Positions 1 to 11,009 of a stretch of 64,000 nt of DNA are shown here, piece by piece; position 1 is the stretch's first letter, and every line of letters starts with the position of its first letter. This DNA comes from Pedobacter sp. GTDB lineage: Bacteria > Desulfobacterota > Desulfuromonadia > Desulfuromonadales > Syntrophotaleaceae. Below the pieces are notes generated by a model. That model searched no databases. It saw only the letters and a list, made by a program, of their open reading frames with translations, and had not been told where the DNA came from. The position numbers and the translations under genes are program-made. The stretch spans positions 320,001 through 384,000 of the forward strand of contig JBFWJC010000001.1 in NCBI GenBank assembly GCA_050253415.1, in the 5' to 3' direction.

Positions 1-137
1 CGCGCCACCCAGCGGTCCCCTTCTTCCGGTGGTAGCGGAAACTCGCGACCGCCCAGGAAGACATCTTCACCGTCTATCCTCCCCCACCATTCCAGGGAAC
101 CGGTCTGCCAGATCTTGGTTTTCAGATTATATGCCAT
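1..137 (-). CDS. Partial small hypothetical protein (5' end; runs off the window start)
   Basis: Manual translation from ATG 137 gives MAYNLKTKIWQTGSLEWWGRIDGEDVFLGGREFPLPPEEGDRWVA, open to the edge. GGAG lies upstream. Confidence 0.6.
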   Translation of the reverse strand, partial: MAYNLKTKIWQTGSLEWWGRIDGEDVFLGGREFPLPPEEGDRWVA

Positions 138-293
138 AAAAACGGAGCTCCTGTGCAAAAAAAGTCACTTTATCATACGTCAGGTGCTCCTATCGGTCAA
201 TTCAGAGGATCTGTACCCTTGTGATAAATGCAGGATTTTTCTATAATCACCGTTTACGTTCAAACGACCATCCCAGACAGAAAGGCCCTTTCC

Positions 294-1133
294 ATGAAAT
301 TTGCCAAAATGCACGGAGCCGGCAACGACTACGTCTATGTTAATTGCTTCGAGGAAAAGATTGACGAGCCTGCCGAAATGGCTCGCAAGGTCAGCAACCG
401 CAACTTCGGCATCGGTTCGGACGGCCTGATCCTGATCCTTCCCTCCGAAGTGGCCGATGTGCGCATGCGCATGTTCAATTCAGACGGCAGCGAATCGGAG
501 ATGTGCGGCAACGGCATCCGCTGCGTGGCCAAATATGCCTACGACCACCAGCTGGTAAGTAAAAAGGAAATCACCGCGGAAACCGGTGCCGGCATTCTTA
601 CCCTGCAACTGTTTACCAACGACCGAGACAAAGTCGAACGGGTTCGCGTCAACATGGGCAAACCGCGCCTGACACGCGGTGAAATCCCCATGACAGGCAG
701 TCCCGAAGAGCAGGTTGTCAACCAGGAACTGAAGGTCCTGGACCGTACCTTTCATATTACCTGCGCTTCCATGGGTAACCCGCATTGCATCATTTTCGTG
801 GACAATGTCGATGAATTTCCGGTTGCCAAATACGGTCCGCTCATCGAGACCAATCCCATGTTTCCCAATCGTACCAATGTCGAGTTTATCGAAATCATCT
901 CCCCCACCGAGATCAAACAGCGCACCTGGGAGCGCGGGGCCGGAGAAACCCTGGCCTGCGGAACCGGTTCCTCGGCAGTCACCGTCGCCTGCGTACTTAA
1001 CAACCGTACCGAGCGCCGGCTTCTCAATCACCTGCTGGGCGGCGACCTGGAGATGGAATGGGCCGAAGACGGCAGCGTTTACATGACCGGCCCGGCGGTT
1101 CAGGTATTCGAGGGAGTATTCGATCCCCAATGA
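294..1133 (+). CDS. dapF: Diaminopimelate epimerase
   Basis: Motifs [38 protein letters not shown]. Start moved to ATG 294 after AAAGG. Confidence 0.97.
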   Translation: MKFAKMHGAGNDYVYVNCFEEKIDEPAEMARKVSNRNFGIGSDGLILILPSEVADVRMRMFNSDGSESEMCGNGIRCVAKYAYDHQLVSKKEITAETGAGILTLQLFTNDRDKVERVRVNMGKPRLTRGEIPMTGSPEEQVVNQELKVLDRTFHITCASMGNPHCIIFVDNVDEFPVAKYGPLIETNPMFPNRTNVEFIEIISPTEIKQRTWERGAGETLACGTGSSAVTVACVLNNRTERRLLNHLLGGDLEMEWAEDGSVYMTGPAVQVFEGVFDPQ

Positions 1134-1549
1134 ACTGTCCCATGTGCACACGCTGGCAGGATCAGCCGCAGCTAAGAATTGCCGAGTTCGAGCATTGCTA
1201 CGCCATGTTGAACGGCGACCAGTTCTTCGCCGGCTATACCCTGCTGTTCACCAAGGCCCATGTTACCGAACTCTTTCATCTGCAGCCGGTAGTTCGCCAG
1301 GCGGTCATGGAGGAGGTCAACCGGATGGCGGCCGCCCTGGCGGCCGTCTATCAACCGGCCAAGATGAATTACGAACTGCTTGGTAACATGGTGCCCCACA
1401 TGCACTGGCATCTGGTGCCGAGGCAGACTACCGATGCGCTGTGGCCGCGTCCCATCTGGAGCGAACCCCACGCCGAGAGCCTGCTGTCCGACGACGGTTA
1501 TGGTCAGGCGATTCGCAGCATCCGTAGTGCCCTCGGGCTGATGGACTAA
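1130..1549 (+). CDS. HIT family hydrolase
   Basis: HxHxH motif ([11 protein letters not shown]) and N-terminal CPMC. ATGA overlap with the dapF stop. Confidence 0.9.
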   Translation: MNCPMCTRWQDQPQLRIAEFEHCYAMLNGDQFFAGYTLLFTKAHVTELFHLQPVVRQAVMEEVNRMAAALAAVYQPAKMNYELLGNMVPHMHWHLVPRQTTDALWPRPIWSEPHAESLLSDDGYGQAIRSIRSALGLMD

Positions 1550-1652
1550 CTGGTTTTCATCCGGGAAAGGGCCGTTTCCCCAATGAAAACTGCGCTGTGC
1601 CCAGCCGGAGTTTCCGGTTGGAAGCTAACTACAAGGGATAAAAATCACGCAT

Positions 1653-2327
1653 ATGGAATGCATCCTGTTCGACCTCGATAACACCCTCTATCCGCCACGC
1701 TGCGACCTGTTCGGGCTTATCGATAAACGCATCAACAGCTACATGCACGACGTGGTGGGAATTCCGCTGGAGGATGTTGATACCCTGCGCCGGCGATACT
1801 GGCAAACCTACGGTGTCACCATGCAGGGACTCATGCGGCATCACCAGGTCGACCCCGAGGACTACCTGTATTATGTGCATGACGTAGATGTGGCCAGCCG
1901 ACTGCAGGTCGAACCTGAATTGAGACAGGCGCTGATTTCGCTGCCCCAGGCCAAGGTTATTTTTACCAACAGCTGTCGCTCCCACACCGACCGCGTGCTG
2001 GAGGCGCTGGGAGTCGCCGATCTGTTCGACCAGGTGTTCGATATCCGGGTGGCCGACTATATGCCAAAACCCTATCTCCAGCCGTATCACCGGGTGCTTG
2101 AACATCTCGGGCTGACAGGCAGTCAGTGCATCATGGTCGAAGACAGCGTTGCCAATCTCAAACCGGCCAAGGATCTCGGTATGACGACCATTCTGGTCGG
2201 CAACGCCACCCCCGGGCCTTTCGTCGACCGGCAACTGGACGAAGTCGTGCAATTGCCGGCCGCCCTGGCCGACGGCATGACAGCTTGCAGCAGCACGGGC
2301 AGCCAGCCTGTGGTTGCGGGGGAATGA
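1653..2327 (+). CDS. HAD-superfamily pyrimidine 5'-nucleotidase
   Basis: Motifs FDLDNTLY, FTN, PKP, VEDS. Confidence 0.88.
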   Translation: MECILFDLDNTLYPPRCDLFGLIDKRINSYMHDVVGIPLEDVDTLRRRYWQTYGVTMQGLMRHHQVDPEDYLYYVHDVDVASRLQVEPELRQALISLPQAKVIFTNSCRSHTDRVLEALGVADLFDQVFDIRVADYMPKPYLQPYHRVLEHLGLTGSQCIMVEDSVANLKPAKDLGMTTILVGNATPGPFVDRQLDEVVQLPAALADGMTACSSTGSQPVVAGE

Positions 2328-3175
2328 GCATGTTGCTGGGAGCCCACGTGTCGATTGCCGGCGGGGTCAGCCGCGCTTTTCAGCGCGCGTCGGATATTGG
2401 TGCTACCGCTATGCAGGTTTTCACCAAAAACGCCAACCGCTGGCAGGCCAGCCCCCTGCCCGCCAAAGAGATCAAAGCTTTTGCGGCGGCCTGGCAAACC
2501 AGTGACGTGGCATCGGTCATCGCCCACGACAGCTACCTCATCAATCTGGCGGCACCCGAGGGGGAGAACCGTACCCGCTCGATGGCAGCCTTTATCGATG
2601 AAATGGAACGCTGCGCCCAGCTCGGCATCGGCGGATTGGTTATGCATCCGGGAGCCCATCTCGACGCCGGCGAAGAGATCGGTCTGCAGCGCATCGCCGA
2701 AGCTCTGCGCAGCATCTTCGCCGCCGCACCGCCGCAGGTGACGATCCTGTTAGAAAACACCGCCGGTCAGGGCAGCTATCTCGGTTATCGTTTCGAACAC
2801 CTGGCGGCTATCATGGAACAGGTGCCGCAGGGACGCTTCGGCGTCTGTCTCGACACCTGCCATGCCTTCGCCGCCGGCTATGATTTAAGTTCGGCCGAAG
2901 GCTATCAAACGGTAATGGAGGAATGTCAGCGCCTCATCGGCATCGAACGCATCGCCGCTTTTCATCTCAACGATTCGCAGAAAGCCCAGGGATCGCGGGT
3001 CGACCGGCATGCCCACATCGGCCAGGGCTGTATCGCCCTGGATGCGTTTGCCGCGCTGATGCAGGATGCGCGGTTCGCCGCCGTGCCCAAGATCCTTGAA
3101 ACCGCTCCGGGCGAGAACAACTGCCACCACCTGGAAGAATTGGCCCTTTTGCGCCAATTGGCGCAGCAGTCATGA
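2324..3175 (+). CDS. nfo: Endonuclease IV
   Basis: Motifs [45 protein letters not shown]. Real start is ATG 2324 or 2330. Confidence 0.95.
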   Translation: MSMLLGAHVSIAGGVSRAFQRASDIGATAMQVFTKNANRWQASPLPAKEIKAFAAAWQTSDVASVIAHDSYLINLAAPEGENRTRSMAAFIDEMERCAQLGIGGLVMHPGAHLDAGEEIGLQRIAEALRSIFAAAPPQVTILLENTAGQGSYLGYRFEHLAAIMEQVPQGRFGVCLDTCHAFAAGYDLSSAEGYQTVMEECQRLIGIERIAAFHLNDSQKAQGSRVDRHAHIGQGCIALDAFAALMQDARFAAVPKILETAPGENNCHHLEELALLRQLAQQS

Positions 3176-3621
3176 GAGCGGTGCTGCAACGGGTAACGCA
3201 GGCCCACGTCAGTGTCGATGGCGAGATCGTCGGCGCCATCGATCAGGGGCTGATGGTTTTGCTCGGCGTGGAGCAGGGGGATGGGCAACAGGACGTTGCA
3301 CAACTGGCCAAAAAGACCGCCGAACTGCGCCTGTTTGAGGATGCCGACGGTAAAATGAATCTTTCGGTGGAGGATATTGGCGGGCAGCTGTTGGTGGTCT
3401 CCCAATTCACCCTGGCAGCCGATTGCCGCAAGGGGCGCCGCCCCGGTTTTTCACGTGCCGCGCCCCCCGAAATCGCCGAAACCCTGTATCTTGATTATAT
3501 CGAACAACTGCGTCAGCGCGGCCTGAGCGTGGCCACTGGCCGGTTCCAGGCCATGATGCAGGTACACCTGGTCAACGATGGCCCGGTTACTTTTCTTCTC
3601 GACAGCCATAAGGTATTTTGA
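3172..3621 (+). CDS. dtd: D-aminoacyl-tRNA deacylase
   Basis: Motifs [19 protein letters not shown]. Confidence 0.96.
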   Translation: MRAVLQRVTQAHVSVDGEIVGAIDQGLMVLLGVEQGDGQQDVAQLAKKTAELRLFEDADGKMNLSVEDIGGQLLVVSQFTLAADCRKGRRPGFSRAAPPEIAETLYLDYIEQLRQRGLSVATGRFQAMMQVHLVNDGPVTFLLDSHKVF

Positions 3622-4127
3622 TGGACGATTTTGAACAAGAAAGACCACCGAGCCGCAGCGCCCTGAAACGTGCCGCCAAAGCCGTGGAAGAGATGGCTGC
3701 CCGCCTGGCCGATTTGGGCGATGGCGATTTCAAGCGATTGCCCCTGACCGGCGAGATCCGTGAAGGGATCGAAGAAACACGGCGCTTCAAGTCGCATAAC
3801 AGTGCCCGCAAGCGCCAACTCAAGCATCTGGCCGGATTGCTGCGAAGCGATGCAGACGCCGTACAGGTGGCAGAGGAGTTCCTCGCGGAGATTCAGACTG
3901 GCCGGCACAAAGAGGCTGCCGATTTCCATCACATCGAAGCCTTGCGTGAGCGGCTCTGCGATGCGGAGCAGTTCGATGCTGCCCTGGAAGAGGTGCGCCA
4001 GAACATGCCCGGGGTGAATCTCGCCAAGATCCAGCGATTGGCCGAAAGCGCCCGTGTCCACAGCGACCGGCGTGCCTTCCGTGAGCTGTTCCGGATTCTG
4101 AAAGCCGCCGACTCCGGAGATAACTGA
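3621..4127 (+). CDS. yjgA: Ribosome biogenesis factor YjgA (DUF615)
   Basis: Motifs PSRSALKR, ARKRQLKHLAGLLR, RELFRIL. Confidence 0.85.
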   Translation: MDDFEQERPPSRSALKRAAKAVEEMAARLADLGDGDFKRLPLTGEIREGIEETRRFKSHNSARKRQLKHLAGLLRSDADAVQVAEEFLAEIQTGRHKEAADFHHIEALRERLCDAEQFDAALEEVRQNMPGVNLAKIQRLAESARVHSDRRAFRELFRILKAADSGDN

Positions 4128-4150
4128 AGATTCTGCGTGGGAGATGAAAA

Positions 4151-4392
4151 ATTCATTCACCACGAAGAGAACGAAGGCCACGAAGAGAAACAAATTCAAA
4201 AAAACCGGCGGTTTGGCGTCCATATAGGCCGACAGGCTTCCAGTAAGTCTCTTTAAATTGTTTTTACTGCGATATACAGGATGCACAGGATTAAAAGCAT
4301 AGGCCTTGGGTTTGTACTTTTATCCTGAATATCCTGACCATCCCTGTTCGTTGGGATTTGTCGTTATTTGGTGTCCTTCGTGGTAAATGAAT
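4151..4392. repeat. Nested palindromic repeat with outer CACGAAG-type arms and inner CAGGAT-type arms
   Basis: ATTCATTCACCACGAAG (4151-4167) is the reverse complement of CTTCGTGGTAAATGAAT (4376-4392) with one mismatch. Inner arms are 4265-4297 and 4317-4348. Confidence 0.8.
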
Positions 4393-4451
4393 AGACGTGT
4401 CGTTGCCTATGACCTGCTCCAGGGCTGGGTGACGTGGAACCGCTGTATAAC

Positions 4452-4482
4452 AAAAAAGGACCGATGTTCGCACATCGGTCCT
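4452..4482 (-). terminator. Intrinsic terminator of trxA
   Basis: Stem AGGACCGATGT-TCGC-ACATCGGTCCT with an A-run on its left (U-tract on the minus strand). Confidence 0.8.
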
Positions 4483-4511
4483 CGTTTACGCATTTTGTGG
4501 CCAGGTTATGC

Positions 4512-4841
4512 TTAGAGGGCCTTTTTGATCAGGGTTTCGAGCTGCCCCTTGGGAACGGCACCGACTACCTGATCGACGATTACGCCGTCTTTGAACAGGA
4601 TCAGCGTCGGAATGCCGCGCACGCCGTAGTTGCTGGGAGTGGCGGGGTTTTCATCGACATTGATCTTGGCGATTTTGACCTGTCCGGCAAACTGGGTGGC
4701 CAATTCCTCGAGGGCCGGTGCAATGGCTTTGCAGGGACCGCACCAGGAAGCCCAGAAGTCTACCAATACGGGTTCGCCGGATTTCAGAACATCGGCTTCG
4801 AAATTGCTATCAGAAAGATGTACAATGTTGTCGCTTGCCAT
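4512..4841 (-). CDS. trxA: Thioredoxin
   Basis: Motifs [12 protein letters not shown] and GIPTL. Confidence 0.97.
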   Translation of the reverse strand: MASDNIVHLSDSNFEADVLKSGEPVLVDFWASWCGPCKAIAPALEELATQFAGQVKIAKINVDENPATPSNYGVRGIPTLILFKDGVIVDQVVGAVPKGQLETLIKKAL

Positions 4842-5030
4842 CGATATCTTCTCCTTGTAAATAAAAAGTTAACGTGTCACCCTTTAAATATTCGATAAGT
4901 ATGTTCCATCATAAAAGAGCCTAAGAAAAAAGCAAGATCTTATTCCACTCTGGCCGTTTACAGCTTGCCCTTGACACGCCGGATGGCCCAACCTATCATT
5001 CTTCGAAATTTGCAGGCAAGGGCGCATTCT

Positions 5031-5609
5031 ATGATGCTACAGGATAAAATCAGTAAATCGCTGCGGGATCACACCGCCGTTCTGGAAGAAACTTTTCTCA
5101 TGCAGGCCAACGAGCTGGTGACCTTTGCCAGCCAGGTCGCGGAGATTTTCAACCGTGGCGGCCGTCTGATGGTCGTTGGCAGCGGTCCGCTTTGTTCCAT
5201 CGCCAATCTGGTCGCTAACCTGTTCCGTTACCGGCTCAACATCGAGCGCCCGGCGCTGCCGGCGTTGTCCCTGTGTCAGGATATGCCACTGGCCGCTTCC
5301 CTGGCCAAGGACGGACGTAGCGGCGCGTTTTTCGCCCAGCAGCTTCAGCTTATCGCCAACGAAGGCGATGCGGTTCTGGCGCTCGGGGACGTTTCGCATA
5401 ACGAGGCGATTCTGGATGGTCTGGCCGAAGCCCGTGAGCGCGGTTGCATTACCGCCGCGCTGCTGCCGGAAAAAGAAGAAATCAATGGCGATGGTCCGCA
5501 CTTCCTGTTTCGGCTGTCCACCGATTCCGTTGGTCGTGCGGCGGAAACGGGGCTGTTTTTCGGCCACCTGCTGTGCGAGCTTGTCGAAGGGGAACTGTTC
5601 GGCATCTGA
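5031..5609 (+). CDS. SIS-domain protein, GmhA/DiaA-like, catalytic motifs degenerate
   Basis: ERPALPALSL and FAQQL resemble GmhA. GNGGS is replaced by GSGPL. Confidence 0.7.
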   Translation: MMLQDKISKSLRDHTAVLEETFLMQANELVTFASQVAEIFNRGGRLMVVGSGPLCSIANLVANLFRYRLNIERPALPALSLCQDMPLAASLAKDGRSGAFFAQQLQLIANEGDAVLALGDVSHNEAILDGLAEARERGCITAALLPEKEEINGDGPHFLFRLSTDSVGRAAETGLFFGHLLCELVEGELFGI

Positions 5610-5632
5610 TGTCCGCAGCAAGGAGTGAGCTC

Positions 5633-6298
5633 ATGCCTGAATATCCCATTGTGCTGCAACTGGCCGGAAAAGATTGTGTGGTAGTGGGGAGCGGGCCCGT
5701 TGGCATGCGCAAGGTCCGTGGCCTGCTATCCGCCGGTGCGCGGGTGCGACTGGTCAGCCCGACCGGATTGCAACAACCCGGTCAGGAAAACGTTGAAATC
5801 ATTCCCCGCGCCTTTTGTCCCGGCGACCTTGACGGTGCCTGTCTGGTGTTTGCTGCTACCGGCGATAACGACAGTGACCGGGCGGTGGCTACGGAAGCCC
5901 GGAGCCTGGGAATTCCCGTGTGTCTGGCCGGCTTGCCGGAGGAAGGTGATTTCAGCCTGCCGGCGGTACTGCATCGGGGAGATCTGACCGTGGCGGTGAC
6001 CACCGCGGGGCGTAGCCCGGCATTGGCAACCCTGGTGCGGGATCAATTGGAAGCGCTTTTGCCGGATACCTGGGCGATCCTCCTGGATATCGCCGCCGCA
6101 GTGCGTCAGCGCGCGCTTTCCGACCCGGACATCATCGATTACAACACGGAAAAACTGCGTCACCTGCTGAGCGGATCGTTGCTCGAACTGCTGGCAGTCC
6201 ACGATGTGGTAGCGGTTGATCGATGGCTGCAACATGTCTTCGGCCCATCCTGGAGTCTGGCGTCTCTTGGGATCAAACTGCCGGAAAGGAATCCATGA
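5633..6298 (+). CDS. Precorrin-2 dehydrogenase / sirohydrochlorin ferrochelatase (SirC/CysG N-terminal type)
   Basis: Motifs VVVGSGPVGMRK, GDFSLPA, VTTAGRSPALA. AAGGAG precedes ATG 5633. Confidence 0.9.
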   Translation: MPEYPIVLQLAGKDCVVVGSGPVGMRKVRGLLSAGARVRLVSPTGLQQPGQENVEIIPRAFCPGDLDGACLVFAATGDNDSDRAVATEARSLGIPVCLAGLPEEGDFSLPAVLHRGDLTVAVTTAGRSPALATLVRDQLEALLPDTWAILLDIAAAVRQRALSDPDIIDYNTEKLRHLLSGSLLELLAVHDVVAVDRWLQHVFGPSWSLASLGIKLPERNP

Positions 6299-7131
6299 CC
6301 ATCGATCTGCTGCTGTTTCGAACAACTTTGGCCATTTACGCCGTGGCGACGGGGCTGGCTCTGACCGACATCATGTGGCGCCGCCCCGCCATCGGCCGTC
6401 ACAGTCGCGTTCTGCTGTGGAGCGGTTTCGGCCTGCATTGCCTGACCCTGGTCAACCGCTACCTGGCGACGGGTTTTCTACCCCTGTCGAGCCTGCATGA
6501 ATCGCTGTCGTTTTTCGCCTGGGCCATTGTCGGGACCTATCTGCTGTTCCACATGCGTTATCGCCTGGCGGTGCTCGGTGCCTTCGTCACGCCGCTGGCG
6601 CTGGTTTTGATGATTTTCGGCAGTACCGTGCCGATGGCCAGCGCACCTTTGAATCCCTCTCTGCAGAGCGTGTGGTTGCCGGTGCATGTGGGACTGGCGT
6701 TTCTCGGCGATGCGGTATTCGCACTGGCGGCGGTGGCCGGCGGGTTGTATCTGCTGCAGGAGCGCATGCTCAAGAAAAAAAAGGTGTCGTCCCTGTTTTA
6801 TCGACTCCCGTCCCTGCAGACCCTGGACAATCTCAACCACCGTTGTCTGAGCATCGGTTTTCCCCTCATGACCCTCGGCATCATTACCGGGGCGATCTGG
6901 GCCGACCAGGTCTGGGGTGCCTATTGGAGTTGGGATCCCAAGGAAACCTGGGCACTGATCACCTGGTTTTTGTACGCCGCGCTGCTGCATGGCCGTCTGG
7001 CTATCGGCTGGCGGGGGCGCAAGGCCTCGATCCTCGCCATCCTCGGTTTTGCTTGCCTGCTGTTTACGTTTTTCGGGGTTAACCTGCTGCTCTCCGGCCT
7101 GCACAGTTACGCCACTTTCGGAACACCCTGA
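6295..7131 (+). CDS. ccsA: Cytochrome c biogenesis protein, CcsA/HemX family
   Basis: WWD domain GAIWADQVWGAYWSWDPKETW, C-terminal GLHSY, multiple TM segments. Confidence 0.9.
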   Translation: MTIDLLLFRTTLAIYAVATGLALTDIMWRRPAIGRHSRVLLWSGFGLHCLTLVNRYLATGFLPLSSLHESLSFFAWAIVGTYLLFHMRYRLAVLGAFVTPLALVLMIFGSTVPMASAPLNPSLQSVWLPVHVGLAFLGDAVFALAAVAGGLYLLQERMLKKKKVSSLFYRLPSLQTLDNLNHRCLSIGFPLMTLGIITGAIWADQVWGAYWSWDPKETWALITWFLYAALLHGRLAIGWRGRKASILAILGFACLLFTFFGVNLLLSGLHSYATFGTP

Positions 7132-7158
7132 CATGCTTACAAGGAACCCTGCCGTTTC

Positions 7159-8502
7159 ATGAATTTTCTGGTCATAGGCCTCAGCTACAAAACCGCTCCG
7201 GTGGAATTGCGGGAACGCCTGAGTTTCACCTCTGGCGACCCGGGCACCGTGTTACGCGCCATTACAGCTTTGTCCGGCATTACCGAGGGGATGATTCTGT
7301 CGACCTGCAACCGGGTCGAGGTGTATGCCGCCGCCCAGGACCCGGCGCTTGGCTGTGCCCGTCTGCAGCGCTTTCTGGCCGAGCATCACCAGCTCGATGA
7401 GGCCCAGCTCAAACCGCATCTGTATATCCATAGTGGCCGGGATGCCATCCGACACCTGTTCCGGGTGGCTTCCAGTCTCGATTCCATGATCCTTGGCGAG
7501 CCCCAGGTTCTCGGTCAGCTCAAGGAGGCCTACACCCAGGCCGGGTCCAGCTGTACCGCCGGACCGGTGCTCAATCGTCTGTTGCCGCGCGCCTTCGCAG
7601 CCGCCAAGCGGGTCCGCAACGAAACTTCCATCGCCCAGCATGCGGTTTCGGTGTCCTTTGCCGCGGTGGAACTGGCGCGCAAGATCTTTGGTGATCTGGC
7701 CGGTAAAACCGTGATGATCGTCGGGGCCGGTAAAATGTGCGAATTGGCGGCGCGGCATCTGACGGGCCAGAAAATCGGCGAGGTGCTGGTGACCAATCGC
7801 ACCCTTTCGCGCGCCCAGGCGTTGGCCGAACAATTCGGCGGACGTCCGGTGCCGTTTGCCGAATTCCCCCTGTTTCTGCACCAGGCCGATATCGTGCTGA
7901 CCTCCACGGCGGCCGGCGGCGTGCTGTTGACCCGTGCCCAGCTGGAGCAGATCATTCGCCAGCGCAAAAATCGACCCATGTTCCTCATCGATATCGCCGT
8001 GCCGCGCAATATCGATCCGGAAGCCAACCATATCGACAACGTCTACCTGTATGACATCGACGATCTCAACGGCGTTATCGAGACCAATCTGCGCGAACGA
8101 CGCAAGGCCGCCAAAAAAGCCGAAGACATCATCGAACAGGAAATCATCCGCTTTTACAGCTGGCTGCGCAGCCTGGAAGCCACCCCCATGATCGTTGCGC
8201 TGCGCCAGCAGGCGGAAGACATCCGCCAGCAGGAAACAGCCAAAACCCTCGGCAGTCTTCAACATCTCGAAGCGGCCGATCGTCGTGCCGTCGAGGCGTT
8301 GACCCGCTCCATCGTCAACAAGATGCTGCATCCGCCCGTTACCGCTCTCAAGCGTATCGGCGACGACATTACCGGGGAAATCTACCTGGAAGCCGTCCGG
8401 CGGCTGTTCGATCTGCCTGCCGACCAGCCTGCCGACCCGCAACCGACCCAGCCCGCTCCCCTCGAGGAGGTGGGCGATACGAAACAGGATACTTCTTCAT
8501 GA
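7159..8502 (+). CDS. hemA: Glutamyl-tRNA reductase
   Basis: Motifs LSTCNRVE, SLDSMILGEPQ, GAGKM, DIAVPRNI. Confidence 0.97.
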   Translation: MNFLVIGLSYKTAPVELRERLSFTSGDPGTVLRAITALSGITEGMILSTCNRVEVYAAAQDPALGCARLQRFLAEHHQLDEAQLKPHLYIHSGRDAIRHLFRVASSLDSMILGEPQVLGQLKEAYTQAGSSCTAGPVLNRLLPRAFAAAKRVRNETSIAQHAVSVSFAAVELARKIFGDLAGKTVMIVGAGKMCELAARHLTGQKIGEVLVTNRTLSRAQALAEQFGGRPVPFAEFPLFLHQADIVLTSTAAGGVLLTRAQLEQIIRQRKNRPMFLIDIAVPRNIDPEANHIDNVYLYDIDDLNGVIETNLRERRKAAKKAEDIIEQEIIRFYSWLRSLEATPMIVALRQQAEDIRQQETAKTLGSLQHLEAADRRAVEALTRSIVNKMLHPPVTALKRIGDDITGEIYLEAVRRLFDLPADQPADPQPTQPAPLEEVGDTKQDTSS

Positions 8503-9452
8503 CCGCACATACTTTGCGCATCGGCACCCGCGCCAGTCGCCTGGCCCTCTGGCAGGCCGAGTGGGTGCAACAACAACTGCAACAGCTGCATCCGGGATTG
8601 ACCGTTTCCCTGGTGCCGATTACCACCAAAGGGGATAAGATCCTCGATGTCCCGTTGGCCAAGGTCGGCGGCAAGGGCCTGTTCGTCAAGGAACTTGAAG
8701 AAGCGTTGTACGACGGCAGCGTCGATCTGGCGGTGCATTCCATGAAAGATGTCCCCTCGGTGCTGCCGCCGGGACTGATACTGCCTTGCATACCTCCCCG
8801 TGAGGATCCCCGCGATGCCCTGGTTACACCGGACGGCCGCGGCTTTGCGCAGTTGCCCCAGGGGGCGCGTATCGGTACCTCGGCTTTGCGTCGCCAGGCC
8901 CAATTGCTGGCCCAGCGCCCCGATCTGACTATCGTATCGTTGCGGGGTAATGTCGAAACCCGGCTGCGCAAGATGGATGAGGAGCAGCTCGACGGCATCG
9001 TGCTGGCCGCCGCCGGCCTCAAACGCCTGGAACTGGCGGATCGCATCAGCGAGTATCTGCCGACCGATCTGAGTCTGCCGGCCATCGGGCAAGGCGCCCT
9101 GGGACTGGAATGCCGTCAGGGCGATGACCGCACACTGGCCCTGATCGCGCCGTTGCACCATGCCGATACGGCGGTGGCGGTGACCGCCGAGCGCGCCTTT
9201 CTGCGTCGCCTCAATGGTGGTTGCCAGGTGCCGCTGGCGGCCCACGCCACAGTGGTGGGCGACCGGGTGAACATGGTCGGCCTGGTGGCCGAGGTCGATG
9301 GCAGCCGCCTGCTCAAGGACACCCTTGTTGCGCCGGTACCTGAGGCCGAAGCCGCCGGTCGGCAACTGGCCGAATCGTTGCTGGCGCAGGGGGCGGATAG
9401 GATCCTCGCGGCGCTCGACATCACTCCGGACCCATCGGCATTCTGTTCATGA
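8499..9452 (+). CDS. hemC: Hydroxymethylbilane synthase
   Basis: Motifs IGTRASRLALWQA, GKGLFVKE, VHSMKD, GGCQVP. Confidence 0.97.
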   Translation: MTAHTLRIGTRASRLALWQAEWVQQQLQQLHPGLTVSLVPITTKGDKILDVPLAKVGGKGLFVKELEEALYDGSVDLAVHSMKDVPSVLPPGLILPCIPPREDPRDALVTPDGRGFAQLPQGARIGTSALRRQAQLLAQRPDLTIVSLRGNVETRLRKMDEEQLDGIVLAAAGLKRLELADRISEYLPTDLSLPAIGQGALGLECRQGDDRTLALIAPLHHADTAVAVTAERAFLRRLNGGCQVPLAAHATVVGDRVNMVGLVAEVDGSRLLKDTLVAPVPEAEAAGRQLAESLLAQGADRILAALDITPDPSAFCS

Positions 9453-10990
9453 CATTTCCAGCCAACAGCCCCAAGGGTATTGTCTACCTGGTCGGCGCCG
9501 GCCCCGGCGATCCCGGCCTGTTGACCGTGCGCGGGCTGCAGTGCCTGCGCCGCGCCGAAGTGGTGGTCTACGACTATCTGGCCAATCCGCAACTGCTCGC
9601 CGAAGCGCCGAGCGCGGCCGAGCGCATCTATGTCGGCAAAACCGCCGGTCACCATCACCTGCCCCAGGAGCAGATCAACGCCCTGCTGGTTGAAAAAGCC
9701 CGGCAAGGCAAGGTGGTGGTGCGGCTCAAGGGCGGAGATCCCTGCCTTTTCGGGCGTGGCGGCGAGGAAGCCTGCGAACTGGCCGAAGCGGGCATGCCCT
9801 TCGAGATCGTGCCGGGCGTGACGGCCGGTTTCGGGGCCGCTATTTACGCCGGCATTCCCCTCACCCACCGCGACTACACCACCAGCCTGGGGCTGATCAC
9901 CGGCCATGAGGATCCGACCAAAAAGGTATCCAGCCTCGATTGGTCGAAGCTGGCCACCGGCGTCGGCACTCTGCTGTTTTACATGGGGATGGGTAACCTG
10001 GCCACCATCACCCGCCAGTTGATGGCCCACGGTCGTTCCCCCGAGACCCCGGTGGCTGTCATCCGCTGGGGAACGACACCTCGCCAGCAGACCGTTATCG
10101 GCAGCCTGGCCGACATCGCCGACAAGGTGCAACAGGCCCGCCTGGGGCCGCCGGCCATCATCGTGGTGGGCGAAGTAGTGGAACTGCGCAAGCAACTGCG
10201 CTGGTTCGACAACCGCCCGCTGTTCGGTCGGCGCATCCTGGTGACGCGCGCCGCCGGTCAAGCCGGCGTGCTGACCGACGGACTGCAGGCCGCCGGGGCC
10301 GAAGCCATCTGCTGCCCGACCCTGGAGATCGTGCCACCGCCCGACTGGCAGGAACTGGACGAGGCCCTGCGACAGCTGCCGGCCACCAATTGCCTGGTGT
10401 TGACCTCGGTCAACGCAGCAGATCATTTCTTTGACCGGCTGTTTGCCCTGGGATACGACAGCCGCGACCTGCACGATATCTGCATCGTCGCGGTGGGCCC
10501 CAAAACCGCCGCTGCCCTCAAGCAACGTGGCCTGCGTGCCGACCTGCTGCCCGATCGGCAATGCGCCGAAGGAGTATTGGAGGAACTGCTTGCCCGGGGC
10601 GTGGCCGGTAAGCGCATCCTTTATCCGCGCAGCCAGCTGGCCCGCGATCTTCTGGTCACCGAACTGTCCGCTGCCGGCGCCGAGGTTTGCGCCCCGGTGG
10701 CCTACCAGACCCGCGTGGCCGCCGGAGCCGAAACTTTGCTGCGCGAGCAGTTGAGTCTTGGTGTCGATGCCGTGACTTTCGCATCCTCCTCGGCAGTGGA
10801 ACATTGCCTGGAAATGCTCGGGGATGATGCAGCGCAACTCCTGTCCGGCGTGACGATCGCCAGCCTCGGACCTCTTACCAGCGCCACCGTCCGGCGGCAC
10901 GGTCTGGAAGTAGCTGTCGAAGCTGCGGTGCCGACGGTGGAGGCGCTGATTGAGGCTTTGCAGGGGTATTTTGGTAAGCTGAAAGTATAG
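9449..10990 (+). CDS. cobA: Fused uroporphyrinogen-III C-methyltransferase / uroporphyrinogen-III synthase (CobA-HemD)
   Basis: N-terminal [13 protein letters not shown] and RLKGGDP. C-terminal HemD with [18 protein letters not shown]. Confidence 0.95.
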   Translation: MTFPANSPKGIVYLVGAGPGDPGLLTVRGLQCLRRAEVVVYDYLANPQLLAEAPSAAERIYVGKTAGHHHLPQEQINALLVEKARQGKVVVRLKGGDPCLFGRGGEEACELAEAGMPFEIVPGVTAGFGAAIYAGIPLTHRDYTTSLGLITGHEDPTKKVSSLDWSKLATGVGTLLFYMGMGNLATITRQLMAHGRSPETPVAVIRWGTTPRQQTVIGSLADIADKVQQARLGPPAIIVVGEVVELRKQLRWFDNRPLFGRRILVTRAAGQAGVLTDGLQAAGAEAICCPTLEIVPPPDWQELDEALRQLPATNCLVLTSVNAADHFFDRLFALGYDSRDLHDICIVAVGPKTAAALKQRGLRADLLPDRQCAEGVLEELLARGVAGKRILYPRSQLARDLLVTELSAAGAEVCAPVAYQTRVAAGAETLLREQLSLGVDAVTFASSSAVEHCLEMLGDDAAQLLSGVTIASLGPLTSATVRRHGLEVAVEAAVPTVEALIEALQGYFGKLKV

Positions 10991-11009
10991 GTTTTGCTGT
11001 TAATCCCCT

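Noticed and set aside
9116..10900. 594-aa minus-strand ORF and similar long antisense ORFs (7252-8442, 41739-42836, 48666-50213, 54594-55652)
   Set aside because: They are shadows of well-supported genes on the opposite strand in GC-rich DNA and carry no motifs.
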